DNA of 62,731 bases, filler included, from Basidiobolus meristosporus CBS 931.73 (GCA_002104905.1; 3 parts of 3 records of this genome joined end to end with filler, not necessarily neighbours in it), one strand, 5' to 3'. Positions 1-13,900 are shown, counted from the first letter of the whole stretch. Translations and numbers: made by a program. The notes: generated by a model from the sequence alone, not told the origin.

Positions 1-279
1 TTGAAAGCTTCTTCAATCTGGAAGAGCTAAGTTCCCAGTTTTTCATTGACTCTACCATGGTACTGGTTGACCTTCACACTAAAGTTGCTCTTGGCAGGGT
101 TTTGCTGGCTTTGGGCCATGGTAGTCATTCATTGTTGCTGCTGGCTATGGATCTGGAGTAACTGTTGTTGCTGGGCCAGGATTTGTTGCATAGCATTCTT
201 CCATTCTTGATTTTTGGACATCTTAAGGGAGGCTTCCTCTTTCTTCAGGAGGAATGTTTTGGTTTATTGCTGCTACCAA
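1..279 (-). pseudogene. Degenerate Ty3/gypsy-like gag N-terminal fragment
   Basis: Minus strand reads ...KVNQYHGRVNEKLGT*LFQIEEAF after a Q-rich stretch, resembling the start of a retrotransposon capsid domain; in-frame stops are present. Confidence 0.45.
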
Positions 280-861
280 TGTTACAAGTCTTGGTATAAG
301 AGTTGTAGAGGAATAGGGAGTTTAGCTAGTATTGTATTCACTAAAACTTGAACAGATCTTTATTGAGATTCCAGCAGCTCCTTATATATACTTTACCAGA
401 TCAATTGCTGACTAATTGTATTTCCTGATGTAGGCTGTGGCTGATAACTCATTTGATTGCATCATTATCACCCAATAAGATCTTACCTAATATATCTATT
501 TCTGTCTGAAAAGGATCTACTGATTCATTTGCTGACTAATGGTACTAATTTGATAGAAAATACTGATATATTGATAACCTAAACATATAACTAGTTGATT
601 TGACTAAAAACTGATCTAACTTAAAAGACTTGTTCCATTGTGCCATTGATCATAGTGCCAGAGAGTGCTGTATATTTTGTTATTAATGTGATATTTTAGG
701 GTCATATGCATGTCAATTTTGATCCCAAATTGGCACTGTATGGCACCATCTGGCACTCTGTGGCATGATCAGGACCATCTGGCATGCTATGGCACTATTG
801 GGCACTATGATCAGCCGGAATGATTGAATAAGTCTAAATATTCAAGCTGCAGATCATAACA
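280..861. mobile_element. Solo LTR (~370-bp family), interrupted by a 210-bp MITE
   Basis: Starts TGTTA and ends TAACA. Homologous along its length to 33268-33635 once 626-835 is removed. Its flanks (gag fragment on the left, chromovirus LTR on the right) share no TSD. Confidence 0.8.
626..835. mobile_element. 210-bp MITE of the AGACTTGTTC (PIF/Harbinger-superfamily) family
   Basis: Begins AGACTTGTTCCATTG, ends GAATAAGTCT; AAA duplicated at 623-625 and 836-838; many TGGCAC(T) motifs. Confidence 0.8.
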
Positions 862-1417
862 GTATATAGCTGAGTTGGGCTACAAAGGCAACAGAGTTGG
901 TTTCATATGCAAGCTAGGCTTGGTGCTCTTGGGAGTGCCAGCTATGCTAAGCTTGGGCAGAAACTAGAATGGAATTGTCAAATTCTTAATTTTGCTAAGG
1001 CACAATCTCAATTTTTTTGAGTCACACTAAGCCAAAAGGTTCAGTAAATTTATTTATATTTTTCTCATCAAGTTGAATTAGTATGCACCAAGAGACTAGA
1101 CTAATTGAAATTTGTTGTGGCCTTCATAGGTACATAAGATAGATGGGAAACTGCATCATAATTGTCTGATGTCTTGGCAACTACTAAGTGGATGGATGGA
1201 TCTCAGATGTCTAATCACATTAAAGGCTTAGCAGAGCAGTTGAGGATGTAATGACTACATGAAAAATGATCAGGTGTGACAGCTAAAATAGATTCTCAGA
1301 AGTGATAAAATAAATCATAACTAGGATTAGTTATGTTGAGGTCAGGGAAAATCAGTTAGGATCCTAGATTTTCTAATGGAGTAAGATAGGATAAGTTTTA
1401 AATGCTTATGCACAACA
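862..1417 (-). mobile_element. Truncated, older LTR of the chromovirus family
   Basis: Aligns with 13351-14047 and 53357-54055 and ends TGCACAACA at 1417; the other end is missing. Confidence 0.8.
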
Positions 1418-3548
1418 GAATCTACTACCCATCTACAGTATCAGAGCAATAATCTGATGGTAGTCTCACTGGCATCTGGGCCTAAATCACTGTCCAACCT
1501 GGGTAGCTAACTGTATCTATTGCTGGATGAATCTTGTATGCTTTCCAGCAGGACAACAGTAAATGGCTGTCATGTAAAAGATCATATCATTATCTGCATT
1601 GGAAATACCCAGCTATCAGCAAGATAGCAGGTTTCTCCAGGCACAATGGAAGACATTGCTGTTGAATGTGTGAGATCCAGGGGATTTACTCCATAACTCA
1701 CACACATTATTATTACCCAAGGGCCAGCACTAAAAACATGATCTTTTCATAGAGAGAACATACTAAAGTCAGCATGCAATTGCAACAAACTTGGTAAGCT
1801 ATAGCAATTGGCCAGAATATGGATTTGATTGCAAACTAAAGATACTTCAGATTGAGGGTATCTGCTGCAGCAAAAGCTTTCCACTGGGAGTAATACATTT
1901 GCCATTCAACAATAGCCCTATAATGATGACCAAGTTGTACATGGGACATTTTAAGCAACATGAGCCCTTCAAGATACTGGAGATATTTGAAAGAATTGGC
2001 AAGATATTACAGAGCATCTGCTACCCTGAGTAATTTTCACAGGCTCTAATTAATATTCATATGCATATGCAACAATACAAATGCAAAGACTGGATGAACT
2101 GGATATGTATTTATTCAAGTGGTGTTCTATAGCCATTCCAACCAAGAGTGCTTTAGATGCATTGAGAGTCATATGTGGATATTGCAGGAGTATTTATCCA
2201 GAAGCAGATTACCAATGCCAACTTGACACATTTACAGCTGTTGTGCAAGGAGTTTGTGATAGGATTTGGGTGGCTGTACTACCAACGTAAAGCTGAACAT
2301 GTAGATCTCCGCCACTGTTGTATCTATTCTCTACTCTGTCTTGCATGGTGTGTGAAGAATATTGGGCCTTGCTTCACCTTTTGGAAGTTTCCTATGGAGC
2401 AGATGTGTGGGGAGATGGGAAGACAAGTCAAGTGACAGGTATTAGCAAATCCCAATCTCATCAAGAATATTACCTTCAAGTCCATAATGGATATGAGGAG
2501 TTGGCACATGGAGGACAGCCAGGAAGAGTTGGAAGTACTGAGGACAAATGTGCACATGGAGACACCTGTGCCTATGGCATTAAGAAGCTAAGCAGCTCCA
2601 ATGCATGGGTAATCAGTTAAGTGATGCAAAGTTGGGCTGGGTGCAACAAGCAACTTACTTTTATTAGGAAAACTCTACTAAGGTATGCCAGACTTCTCTT
2701 GGTCACAAGCCAACTTCTACACCACTCAATATGGTACTCACATCACAAAAGCCAGTGCGCACCTATAAAGGGGACCATAATCTAGTAGGGAGAAGGGGTA
2801 TATTGGTAAAATACCAAGATGTTCTTTGTGGATATCCAGGAGATATTCATGGCAGAAGTGGTGACAACCAAGCATATGTTTGCATAATGTATTTGTTGCC
2901 AGCAATACATGGTATATTGCAACTTTGCAGGTATCACACTTAAAGGTGTAAAGTTGAGGTGGTAGAAGTATGTCAATTGAGGCAGGTGTGCACATTTGTA
3001 GAGGTTAGTAAGCAGGAGGCCATATTTTTTTTATTCAAGCTATATGTAGAATCCAAAGGTAGTAGTGGGTAAGCAAATAAAGAGGGGTGATTCTAGAGTG
3101 GAATACAAGAATTGCGCAAGGGAAGGTAGAAAAAGGAAATACCATTTGGTAAATTAATATAGTAGCATTATACAGAACCAGCTGTGGGCTGTCATACTGC
3201 CAAGGTAATGCCATCAGAATCTTGCTGTGAGGCTTTCAAATACCATCAGGTTTCTTGCCATATAAGGTAATTGGATGTCCTGGCTGGTTGGATCCACTTA
3301 GAATAGTTGTAGAGCGCTAAAAGACCACAACAATACCATGTAATTTTTGTCACAGCACCAATTGAATCTTGTCAAGTTTTGTCCCTTTATTTGGTAGTAA
3401 AATTAGCAAAACACTGTTGGGAGCCCATCATAAGATTGTTAAGAGGGTCACTAATTCCAAGCTGCTGGTATTATGATGGTCTCTTGATGGGATCCTGAGG
3501 GCTGATCTGGATTGGATCCACCCATGGGACCTAATTATTTTTATAGGG
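1418..3548 (+). mobile_element. CACTA/CMC-type element fragment C1: degenerate transposase C-terminal half plus terminus
   Basis: Broken reading frames with Transposase_21-like motifs (GNTPAISKIAGF, NIGPCFTFWKFPMEQMCGE). Ends TATAGGG at 3548, the reverse complement of the CCCTA terminus at 30592. Confidence 0.8.
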
Positions 3549-3799
3549 GTTATGGCATACTCCAATGCTGACAGGGACAAAGCTTAGGGGAGAGAAAATC
3601 CACTACATGATACACTTTTATTACTGCAACAAATATTTTCAAAGAAATCAAACCAGCAGCCAATCATAGCACCTTCCACCATTGCTGCCTAAAAAATAGT
3701 GGTCTGTAAAGCAACAAAAGGCGCAATGTGGCTAATAATTGTCTTTAAGGATATAGTAACAAAGTCTTGTACTGATGCATATTGTCACATTGACCCTTT

Positions 3800-4370
3800 A
3801 AGAAATAGTTATGATGATCACCTCAAAGGGCAATCACAAAATTCAAGTCTGGTTACTCCAAGGTATAGATCCTGCCAGGAGACCATGCAAAGGCTGTTAA
3901 AAGATATTTGCATTCTATGCTTTAATTTAGATGAACCAATATGTATCTAGAAGGATAATCAAATTTGTATTTCATTAGCTACAAGTCCAACTAATTGTGT
4001 CCATACTAGGCACATAAGTATACAGCAACACTTTGTGAGGGAAGCTGCAGAAAATAACTTAGTAGTGCTGGTTTACTGCTTAGCTGACAAGACGGTGGCA
4101 GATATATCAATAATATCATTTATCCAGACCACAGCTTGAGAATCTTGGAGAGAAATTGGGATTAAGATATTATTTAGTTGAGGGGGAGTGTTGAGATATT
4201 GAGCTATTTGGCATTGTTCAGAAGCTAAAATTTACTTAAAAGTCTGGACAAGTCTTGGTAACTGTAAGACTAATTTACAGCCCAAACTTTGTCACTTTCT
4301 TTTAGATGTATGATCCTATGATTAATCCCCAATAGTTAAAAATATATTAGCACTTTTAACAAACATTATT
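3800..4370 (+). mobile_element. Old Ty1/copia 3-prime remnant (RNase H end, PPT, LTR start) of a different family; boundaries approximate
   Basis: Translates HAKAVKRYL and HTRHISIQQHFVREAAENNLVVLVYC; purine tract GAGGGGGAG at 4180-4188 followed by TGTTGAG at 4189. Confidence 0.65.
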
Positions 4371-4659
4371 TACTAGCCCTGAGACTGTACCAGAGTGCTC
4401 CTGAAGGCTGAGAAACCCTCCTTACTTAGTGTTACAGTTGCATTACCTCCACAAAGGTACAAATACTTAGCTTCTTTATGAAAAAGCAACAGTTCAACTA
4501 TTATCATCATTTCTCAATAAGCTTCTTATATCCAGAGCACTTCTTAAATTGCAACAATATCCAGATGGTACCATGGTATGCCAGCCTTGAGGTGATGCTG
4601 TGCTAGAACTCTAATGGTCTCTTCAACATTAGCCCACACTTCATCATTGCACTCAACAG

Positions 4660-4900
4660 CTTCACAAGTCTTCATTGTCTTTTGACTTTTAGACCTGGGT
4701 ATATACAACACAGTCTCTCGCTCCTATGCTGTGATATAATTTTCTGTAGTCTTTATGTAGAGCCCAAGGAATCTGCATTGTTACCATCAGTGGGCACACT
4801 GACAAAACAGCCTTTGTGGATGTATCCCCATGTATTGCACTGAATGTCAAAGAGGCTGTTATCCAGATTTTCTTCTACACTAGTCAGCAGTGAGGCTTGG
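4660..4900 (-). pseudogene. Diverged fragment of the CACTA accessory ORF 5-prime end, inverted relative to C2
   Basis: Reverse complement matches 6183-6290 and 38045-38160 (TTTGACATTCAGTGCA core). Confidence 0.55.
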
Positions 4901-5194
4901 TAGGAAATCAGATATTTTTGGTTTATATTTTGGTGGAGAATATAAGGAAATGAGCTGTACCAAATGGGTAATAGTGTTTCATACACATGTTAATGTTTTG
5001 ACTCATCTCTGTATATAATACTACTATGGTGGGTCTTTACTGAATATTATATTTTGATAGGTGCATAGCTCAAATACAGGACTACATGAAAATCATATGT
5101 GCATCAACAAAAACATCCTATAATAGGATTACATTGTTGAATGTCAAGTTGTCTGACCTGTGAAAAAGACTTCTTTGAATCTACACTATAAGGG

Positions 5195-6552
5195 AAGGAT
5201 ATGGAACCATCTTGCACTACAATTTGCACTTGGATAATAATATGATGTGAGAGTTACAGAGTAAATACCCTGGATTGCACACGCTTGTCATTAATACCAT
5301 CCATTGTGCCCAGAAAAGCTGACTATTGTGCTGATGGCTGGGGTATCTCCAATGCAGATAATAATATGTACTTTGGCACAACAGCAATTTACTGTTGTCT
5401 TGCTGGAAAGGATACAAAATTCATCCAGCAATGAATAGAGGAAGCAATTCTGGTTGGATGGTGAATTAGGCCCAGATACCAGTGAGATTACCATCAGATT
5501 CCTGCTCAGATACCTTATGATAGGGAGCAGATTCAGGTTAATGAGAATCAGTGGCAAGCAGGATTTGCTGGTAAAGTGCTTGTTCAATGAGAATTCATCA
5601 AGTGCCAAGGCAAAGACATAGTATACATACTCTCAAAGTAGCCCTGACATCTTAGCTTTTTGTAATGCTTGCCATTGAATATATCTTATATGTTAGTGCT
5701 TGATTAATACTGAGTGCAGTACTTTATAGCTTCACAAAACTTGTTGGACTTCATGAGCTTCCTTAGATAGGGTATTATTAAATATATCCAAAGTGTGAGC
5801 AACATCTTCCCCAAATGGTGCCGGATTCCTGATAAGTTGAGCACCTTGCAATAGTGGCATTTTCTGATGTGGACACCATACAACTGTTCACACATGCTGG
5901 TATTAAGATGGTTTCTGGGTCATATGTTGCCAGCTGGAAGATAGTTGTCCATTCATACCATGTACATGGTAAGTTGCATCCCAAGATGATTTTGGCAAGA
6001 AGAAGTTGTAAATCCTTAATGCCCCATTACTTATATTAGTGGAAACATGCCACTTCTCTAGTCACAACATCAAATAACATTTCCCCTTTAATTTTGCTCA
6101 CTTCAATATATATGCCACCAAAAAAAAAGCAAAGTTGTCTGCTTCCCAATCAAACCCCACTGCTGACAGCAGTGAAAGTATAGCTGGACAATAGCTTGCT
6201 TTGACATTCAGTGCAACAAGTAGGGCTACAACACAAAAAGGCCTTGATGAAAGTGTGCCTTAAGAGTAAATAATGTGGAATCCTCAGACTTTCAGTCAAG
6301 TAGGCAATTGAGAGTCCCTGCAGAGCTTAAACTGACCACAATGTGGAGGCAGATGAGAATGTAGTAAAAGCAAAACCTTCTCTTGAAGATCAGCACCTGG
6401 CCATCATAACATCACCACCACCAGTATTAGCAAGTATTTGGTCACCTTGTACCAAAGTATTAATGAGGCAACTGGGTGTAGTAGCCAATGGCCCATAGAT
6501 ATCAGGAAATAGTCCAGAAACAGGATCAGCTGATAATGCATGTAGAGCAATA
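5195..6552 (-). mobile_element. CACTA element fragment C2: transposase N-half (-) and start of accessory ORF (+); left boundary approximate
   Basis: ORF 5291-5608 contains LALDEFSLNK...NLMVISLVSGP...GDTPAIS; 6180-6552 aligns with 38045-38430; cut at 6552 by the CCCTA terminus of C3. Confidence 0.75.
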
Positions 6553-9467
6553 CCCTATAAAAGCAATTTGGTCTCACAGGTGCATCCAATCCCAATCAGC
6601 CATCAAGATCTGTCAGGATACTGCAATAATATCAGCAGGTTGGAATTAATGACTCTCAGCATAATGTTATGATGGGATTATAACAGCATTTGGCTAATTC
6701 TACAGCCAAATAATTTTAAAAAAACATAACAGTGTTTGTACAGTATTTTGCCAGGAGTGGCATGGCAATGTTGCAGTCTTAGTGTGCTCTACAGCTATTT
6801 GAGTACATCTAACCAGCAAGTACATCTAATTGGCTAACATCACTTGAAACTTGATAATGTTTTGACATCCTCATTGTGTGCCTCTACTAGCATTATTATA
6901 GTAGTATGGCAGCCTACAGCAAGTTCTGTATAATGCTACCTTACCAGTTGACCATATGATATATCATTTTTCTACCTCCCCTTGCCCAATAGATGCTTTC
7001 CACTGTAGAATTACCCCTCTTTGTTTGCTTACCCACAACTACCTTGGGTATTCTACATATAGTTCGAATCAAAAGATACTATGGCCTCCTGCTTACTGTT
7101 GTCAAAATTTTATTTCCACCTATATATTCACCTAACTTAGTCACTTAGATCATCTCCTTCAAGTCCTAGAGAATACTGACCACAATTCCTTGTTGGGATT
7201 TACTTAGAATATTTTCACCAAAATACCAGGTACCCAGAACATGAAAATTCTCAAAGTTGTCCAAACAGCCCCAAACTTTGCACACATGTTCTTGGTACCC
7301 TCCCTAACCTATTCTATGTGATTTTTATGCCAAGACCAGGTAAAAGTATAAATACTACTTTTACATTCAATAAATCATTAAGTGAAAACCAAATAGTCTA
7401 CTTGTCCTCCCAATCACTTCCAATATCTCCAAGACTCTTACAACAGGTTATGAGCCGCAAGCTGTCACTCTCTGCAATGTCTACTACTGCTATTACTGGA
7501 ACTTCTCCCTCTGCTGAGAACTTGGATGGATCTAACTACCAAGTGTGGAAAGTGAAGTTGAAGATACTGCTACAAGAAAGAGGCCTTTGGGATATTGTCA
7601 TGGGAGAAGAATGCCCTCCTAAAAAGGTGGGAGAGGAAGCCTTAAAGTACCAGAAGAAAGAATAAAGTGCCTTTAACTGTATTTGCCTTAGTGTTGAGGA
7701 CACATTGCTAATTCAATGCTCAAGAGCAAAAATGGCAAAGAATGCCTGGAAAGCATTGGAAGACACCTACCGGTCATGTTCAGCTGCCAAGAAAATGTAT
7801 CTGAGACAAAAATTCTTTACTACAGAGATGCTGCCAGGAGAAGAAATAAAAAATCTAATTAACAGAATTACCCTGCTGGTAGATGAGATGGAATCTGTGG
7901 GTGTACCAACTACTGATGAGGATATGATATTTACCATCCTGAATAGCCTGACAGACGAGTTTCAGGGCCTTGTATCAGCCCTAGAGTCCAGAACTGAAGA
8001 TTTGACCTTAAATTACGTATATGGAAGGCTCCTGGATGAAGAATTAAGAAAATCAAGCGCCAATATGAAGGAAGAAGAAAATGCTTTAATAAGCTATGAC
8101 AACCAGCAAAGAAGGTACCCAAGACCCTACAAAGGCAACAGCAACCTGCTTGGCAACTACTGCAAAAGGGAAGGACACACAGCAGAACGGTGTCTCAAAA
8201 AGAATGATAATCAGCAAAAGAAGCCTGAATATGGAAATGCTGCAATAACTGAAGATAGACTATTCATATCTGCACTAAATCTGACCACAAACAAGAATTC
8301 TCAGACATGGTATACTGACTCTGGAGCATCTCAACACTTTACACACCAAAAAGAACTTTTTATCCAATATCAAGAAATTACAATTAAAAAGGTTTTCATG
8401 GGTGACAATAGTACACTTGTTGCAGTGCAAGAAGGAACTATCCAAGTAAGCCTTAGAAGCAGTGAAGGAAGCCATACACCAACCTTTAAAGAAGTACTGT
8501 ATGTACCTGAAAGAGCCAAGAACCTACTCTCTGTAATCAAAGCCACAGCAGAGGGACTCAGTTTCAGTTTTGACAATTCTGGATGCAGGATCACCGGTCA
8601 AAATGGTGCCCATATTGCTTTGGGCATCAGAGATCAGAATCTATACAAGTTGACTTATATTCCATCATATCTGTAAGCCAATAAAAGTAACTTATTTGAA
8701 GAAACACCAATGCTTTGGCACAGGAGATTTGGACACATCAATTTTGATTACTTGCGCAAAATGATCAAAGATCAGCTAATTTCTGTAGTAAAAATTGATC
8801 CCCCTGCTAATTTGGAGCACTGTGAAGCCTGCATATATGGGAAACAAGCCAGACAACTGTTCAAGAGCTCTGTGTTAATCAAAACTAAGAAAAAATTATA
8901 TCTAATTCACTCAGATCTGAGTGGAACTATGCAAAATTTATCCTTAGTCAGGATGAAGTATTTAATCACTTTTATTGATGATTATACAAGATATACATGG
9001 GTCTACTTTATGGAGAGAAAGGAAGAAGCTCTGTCTAAGCTCAGGGAGCTTAAAGCCATGGTGGAGAGAGAAACTGGTGAAAAATCAAGAAAATATGATC
9101 TGACAATGGTTGAGAATATACCTCAAAACTCTTCATCCACTTCTGCAAAATTCATGGGATAACGCAAGAGACTACTGTACCATACTCCCCACAGCAAAAT
9201 GGAGTAGCACAACAAGCTAACAGATCAATAACTGATATGGCAAGATCTATGATCCATGATCAAAAATTATCTTATGATTTTTGGGCGGAATCAGTTGCCA
9301 CTGCTGTATAGCATGAAAATAGGAGTTACAACAGAATACTTTATGATTCAACTCCATTTGAAGCATGGTATGGATACAGACCAAGTGCAGAACATCTAGG
9401 AATATTTGGGTGTACAGCATATGCCAAAAAACTGGCCGGAAATCAGTCAAAATTTGAGCCAAAAAAT

Positions 9468-10937
9468 AGACTTATTCCATTGGATAGTGCCACATTGAGC
9501 CATGAGTGCCAAATGATGCCATAGTGTGCCAGAGAGGTCAAGTGAGCCTATACTTGGCCACACAGTGTGAAACATAGTTCTGCATCTTCATGTAAAGCAG
9601 CCCCTGTGTTTCACTCATTGCGCAGGAGAAAATCCATATTTTGACCTTTTTTTGTGGACCAATGTAGCTCAGGATGTGAAAGAGCACAGGAGAACTGAAG
9701 ATATGCATCTGGTACTCAATACCCATGGCACTCTGAATCTAGCTCTTGTAGCTTGTATCATGTCACAAGAATGAATGGCACTATCTTGGTCCACTGGTAC
9801 TATCTGGCACTATAATTCAATATTAGCCCTAAAATAAGATCTATACAAAGCACTTATAGTGCCAGATAGTACCAGTGGACCAAGATAGTGCCATTCATTT
9901 TTGTGACATGATACAAGCTACAGGAGCTAAATTCAGAGTGCCATGGGTATTAGACTTGTTCCGTTGGATAGTGCCACATTGAGCCATGAGTGCCAAATAG
10001 TGCCATAGTGTGCCTGAGAGTCATAGCAGACCTAAGCTTGGCCACAGAGTGTGACATATAGTTCTGCATATTCATGCAAAGCAGCCCCTGTGTTTCACCT
10101 ACTGTGCGGGAGAAAATCAATTTTTTAGCCTTTTTTTTGGGATCAAAATTGTGCATTATGTAAAAGAGCACAGACAGACTGAAGATATGCATCTGGTACA
10201 TAATACCCATGGCACTCTATATCTAGCCCTATAGGCTTGTAGCATGTCACAAAAATGCATGGCACTATCTTGGTCCACTGGTACTATCTGGCACTATAAG
10301 TGCTTTGTATAGGTTCTACTTTAGGGCTAATATTTGAATATGGTGCCAGATAGTACCAGTGGACCAAGATAGTGCCATGCATTTTTGTGACATGCTACAA
10401 GCCTGTGGGGCTAGATTTAGAGTGCCATGGGTATTATGTACCAGATGCATATCTTCAGTCTGTCTGTGCTCTTTTATGTCATGCACAATTTTGATCCCAA
10501 AAAAAAGGTTAAAAAGTTGATTTTCTCCTGCACTGTAGGTGAAACACAGGGGCTGCTTTGCATGAATATGAAGAACTATATGCCACACTTTGTGGTCAAG
10601 TTTAGGTCTGCTATGACTCTCAGGCACACTATGGCACTATTTGGTACTCATGGCTCAATGTGGCACTATCCAACAGAACAAGTCTATTGAGTACCAGATG
10701 CGTATCTTCAATTGGCTTGTGCTCTAACACATCCTGCACAACATTGATCCAAGAAAAAGGTCAAAAAATGGATTTTCTCCAACTCAATGGGTGAAACACA
10801 GGGGCTGCTTTGCATGAAGATGTGGAGCTATGTTTCACACTCTGTGGCCAGGTAGAGGCTCACTTGGCTTCTCTGGCACACTATGGCATCATTTGGCACT
10901 CATGGCTCAATGTGGCACTATCCAACGGAACAAGTCT
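9468..10937. mobile_element. Palindromic MITE (733 bp net) inserted in the copia-1 integrase and carrying a second MITE
   Basis: AGACTTATTCC...GGAACAAGTCT termini; AAT duplicated at 9465-9467 and 10938-10940; removal restores the copia sequence GAGCCAAAAAATGTAAAATGC. Confidence 0.92.
9952..10685. mobile_element. Palindromic MITE (734 bp) nested in the opposite orientation inside the MITE above
   Basis: AGACTTGTTCC...GAACAAGTCT termini; ATT duplicated at 9949-9951 and 10686-10688; spacer inverted relative to the host copy. Confidence 0.92.
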
Positions 10938-13900
10938 AATGTAAAATGCATATTTTTGGGCTACTGCAATTACAGTAAGGCATACAGACTCTACCATACC
11001 AAAGCAAAGAAGCTGATCAAGTCCAGGGATGTGTTGTTTGATGAAAATTCAAAATATTCACAAAAAATGACATCAGATGATGACAAAAATTTGATTTCAA
11101 GTCCACCAATTGTCAGGATTGAATCAGAGCATAACAATAGAGATTTTTTCACTCCAGAGGACTCTACAACTGTGTTTCAACCAGAATCAGTGCCCAGGAA
11201 TATCCCAGAAGTGATCATTCCAGTATCAAATGCCCAGAGATCCAATTGGACAAGAAATAGCCCAAATTACTATATCAATGAGGGTACAAACTTGGCCTAT
11301 GCCTATTCAGTCCATATTGATTAGCCCCAGACTGTAAAAGAGGCCCTAAATAGGCCTCAAACAAAGTTTTGGAGATCTGCAATGACTGAGGAATATCAGG
11401 CCCTGATGGAAAGTCAAACTTGGGACTTAGTCAAATTACCAATCAACCAAAAATCAATTGGATGCAGATGGGTCTTCAAGACAAAATACAAGGCTGATGC
11501 TACAATTAAAAGATACAAAGCAAGACTTTTAGCCAAAGGTTACTCTCAAACAAAAGGACTTGACTATACTAAGACCTTTGCACCAGTAGCCAAGTTTAAT
11601 TCAATCAGATTAATATTGGCTATTGCAGCCAAATATAAGTTTTTTATTCATCAAACAGATGTAAAAACTGCATTATTGAATGGAGAACTTGATGAGGACG
11701 TGTATATGTACCAGCCTGATGGGTTTGTTGACCAAGATAACCCCCATTTGGTCTGCAAGCTTAAAAAGTCATTATATGGTCTCAAACAATCACCAACAGC
11801 CTAGAATTGCAAGATAGATTCTTATTTGGAATCTTTGAGTTTCAAAAGGAGTAATGCTGACTATAGTATATACTATAAGCCAGATAGAACAAATCCAGTT
11901 CTATTAGCTCTATATGTGGATGATCTTATTATAGCCACCAATAACCTAGAAACATTGGAAGAGACTAAATCCAGCCTATTCAAGGAGTTCAAGATGTCTG
12001 ATCTAGGAGAACTTAGTTACTACTTAGATTAAGTTATCCATAGACAGAAGTACCCAGACTATCACCCTAAGCCAATCCAAGTAAATTCAAGATATACTAA
12101 AGAAGTACCAAATGGAAGACTATAAACCGGCAGCTACCCCAATGGAGACAAACCTTAACTTGGTCAAAACTCAACCAAATCAAGAGAGCTTGGTGCCATC
12201 TGAAAGCCCTGACTTTCCTTATCAATGCAAAGTTGGCAGTCTGCTGTATATAATGCTTGGAACATGTCCAGATATCTCATATTCAGTGGGAGTTGTCAGC
12301 CAACATAATCAGAATTATGGATCTGATCATATTGTAGCAGTTATGCGGATTTTTAGATACCTAAAAGGAACTGCTGATATCTGCTTAGGATACACTTAAA
12401 AAGATTCAGAACAGGATCTTGTGGGATACTCTAATGCTGATTGGGGACAAAATTTAGAAGACAGGAGATCCACCACAGGATATACCTTTCTTTACTGTCA
12501 AGGAGTAATTTCATGGAATTCAAGAAAGCAACCAACCATAGCACTTTCCACTAGAGAGGCAGAGTTTATGGCAGCCTGTGAAGCTACAAAAGAAGCAATG
12601 TGGTTAAGAAAACTTCTTACAGATTTAGGCCTATGTCAAAAATGCCTATTACTTTATTTCAAGATAATCAAGGATGTATACAATTGGGTAGAAATCCAAC
12701 TTTTTGTGCTAGAACCAAGCACATAGATATTAGACATCATTTCATACGTGAAGCTATGGAGAATAACTTAGTTAGCTTAGTTTACTGTCCTACAGATGAA
12801 ATGATTGCAGACATATTTACCAAACCATTAGCTAGAGACAAGTTTGAATATCTTAGGTCAAGATTATGACTAGTCAGTATGAACAATTAGCTGAGTGGGA
12901 GTGTTGTAAAAGTTTGTATTTCCACCAAAATATTCACCTCACTTAGTCACTTAGATCATCACCTTCAAATCCTAGAGAATACTGACCAAATTTCTTGTTT
13001 GGATTTATTTAGAATATTTTCACCAAAATACCAGGTACCCAGAACATGAAAATTCTCAGAGTGGTACAAACAGCCCCAAACTCTGCACACATGCTCTTGG
13101 GATCTTCCTTAACCCATTCTACATGTTTTTTATGCCAAGACCAGGTAAAAGTGTAAATACTACTTTTACATTCAACAAATCATTAAGTGAAAACCACAAA
13201 ATCTACTTGTCCTCCCAATCACTTCCAATATCTCCAAGACTTTTACAACACTTACTAACCTCTACAAACATGCACACCTGCTGCAATTGACATACTTCTA
13301 TCACCTCAACTTGACTGCTTTTTAGTGTGATACTTGTATAGTTTCCATATTGTTATACCCAAGAGAAAGTGTAATAAAACTCTTGAAAGGTTCAACTGAA
13401 ACAAAGGGACAATTAAGTGCAGAATCTTAGAATTGTCAGAGAGTGGCGGAAATATTAGCAGAAAGATTCTGATCTAATATTGGTCTTGGATATAGCTGGG
13501 TTAGCTATAAAGACAATGATATTTGTTTGCTAGGCAGGCTGGGCTTGGTGTTCTTTGGAGTGCTAGATATACTAGGCTTGGATAGAAACTAGAACAGAAT
13601 TGTTGGATTCTTATTTTTGCCAAGACAGAATCTTAATTTTGTTGAGACACACACTAAACCAAAAGGTTCAGTAAACTTTATTCATACTTTTCGGATCAAG
13701 TTGAACTAGTAAGCGCCAAGGGACTGGATTGATTGAAATCAAATTGGGTGTTCATAGGTGCATAAGATAAATGAAAATTACATCATCAATGAACTGATGT
13801 CTTGGCAACTGCACAGTGGTTGGATAGATCTCAGATGACTAATCACCTGGGAAGGCTTGGTAGATAGGTTGATAACGTAATGACCATTTGAAAATAGATC

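Larger units (their letters stand above)
7097..13250 (+). mobile_element. Ty1/copia LTR retrotransposon copia-1, full length but defective
   Basis: LTRs 7097-7445 and 12902-13250 (TG...CA); 5-bp TSD CTTAC on both sides; PBS GGTTATGAGCC at 7446; PPT GAGTGGGAG 12893-12901. Gag, protease (DSGAS), integrase, RT (YVDD) and RNase H are in copia order with several stops and frameshifts. Confidence 0.95.

Noticed and set aside
5185-5194. CACTATAGGG as a CACTA terminus
   Set aside because: Similarity to the family end does not extend beyond about 7 nt, and I found no partner terminus or TSD.
9538-10690. Recurrent 60-100 aa ORFs such as MGIMYQMHIFS... on both strands (also near 28.0-28.7 kb and 38.5-39.1 kb)
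   Set aside because: They are by-products of the palindromic MITE sequence; lengths and frames differ among copies and no domain is evident.
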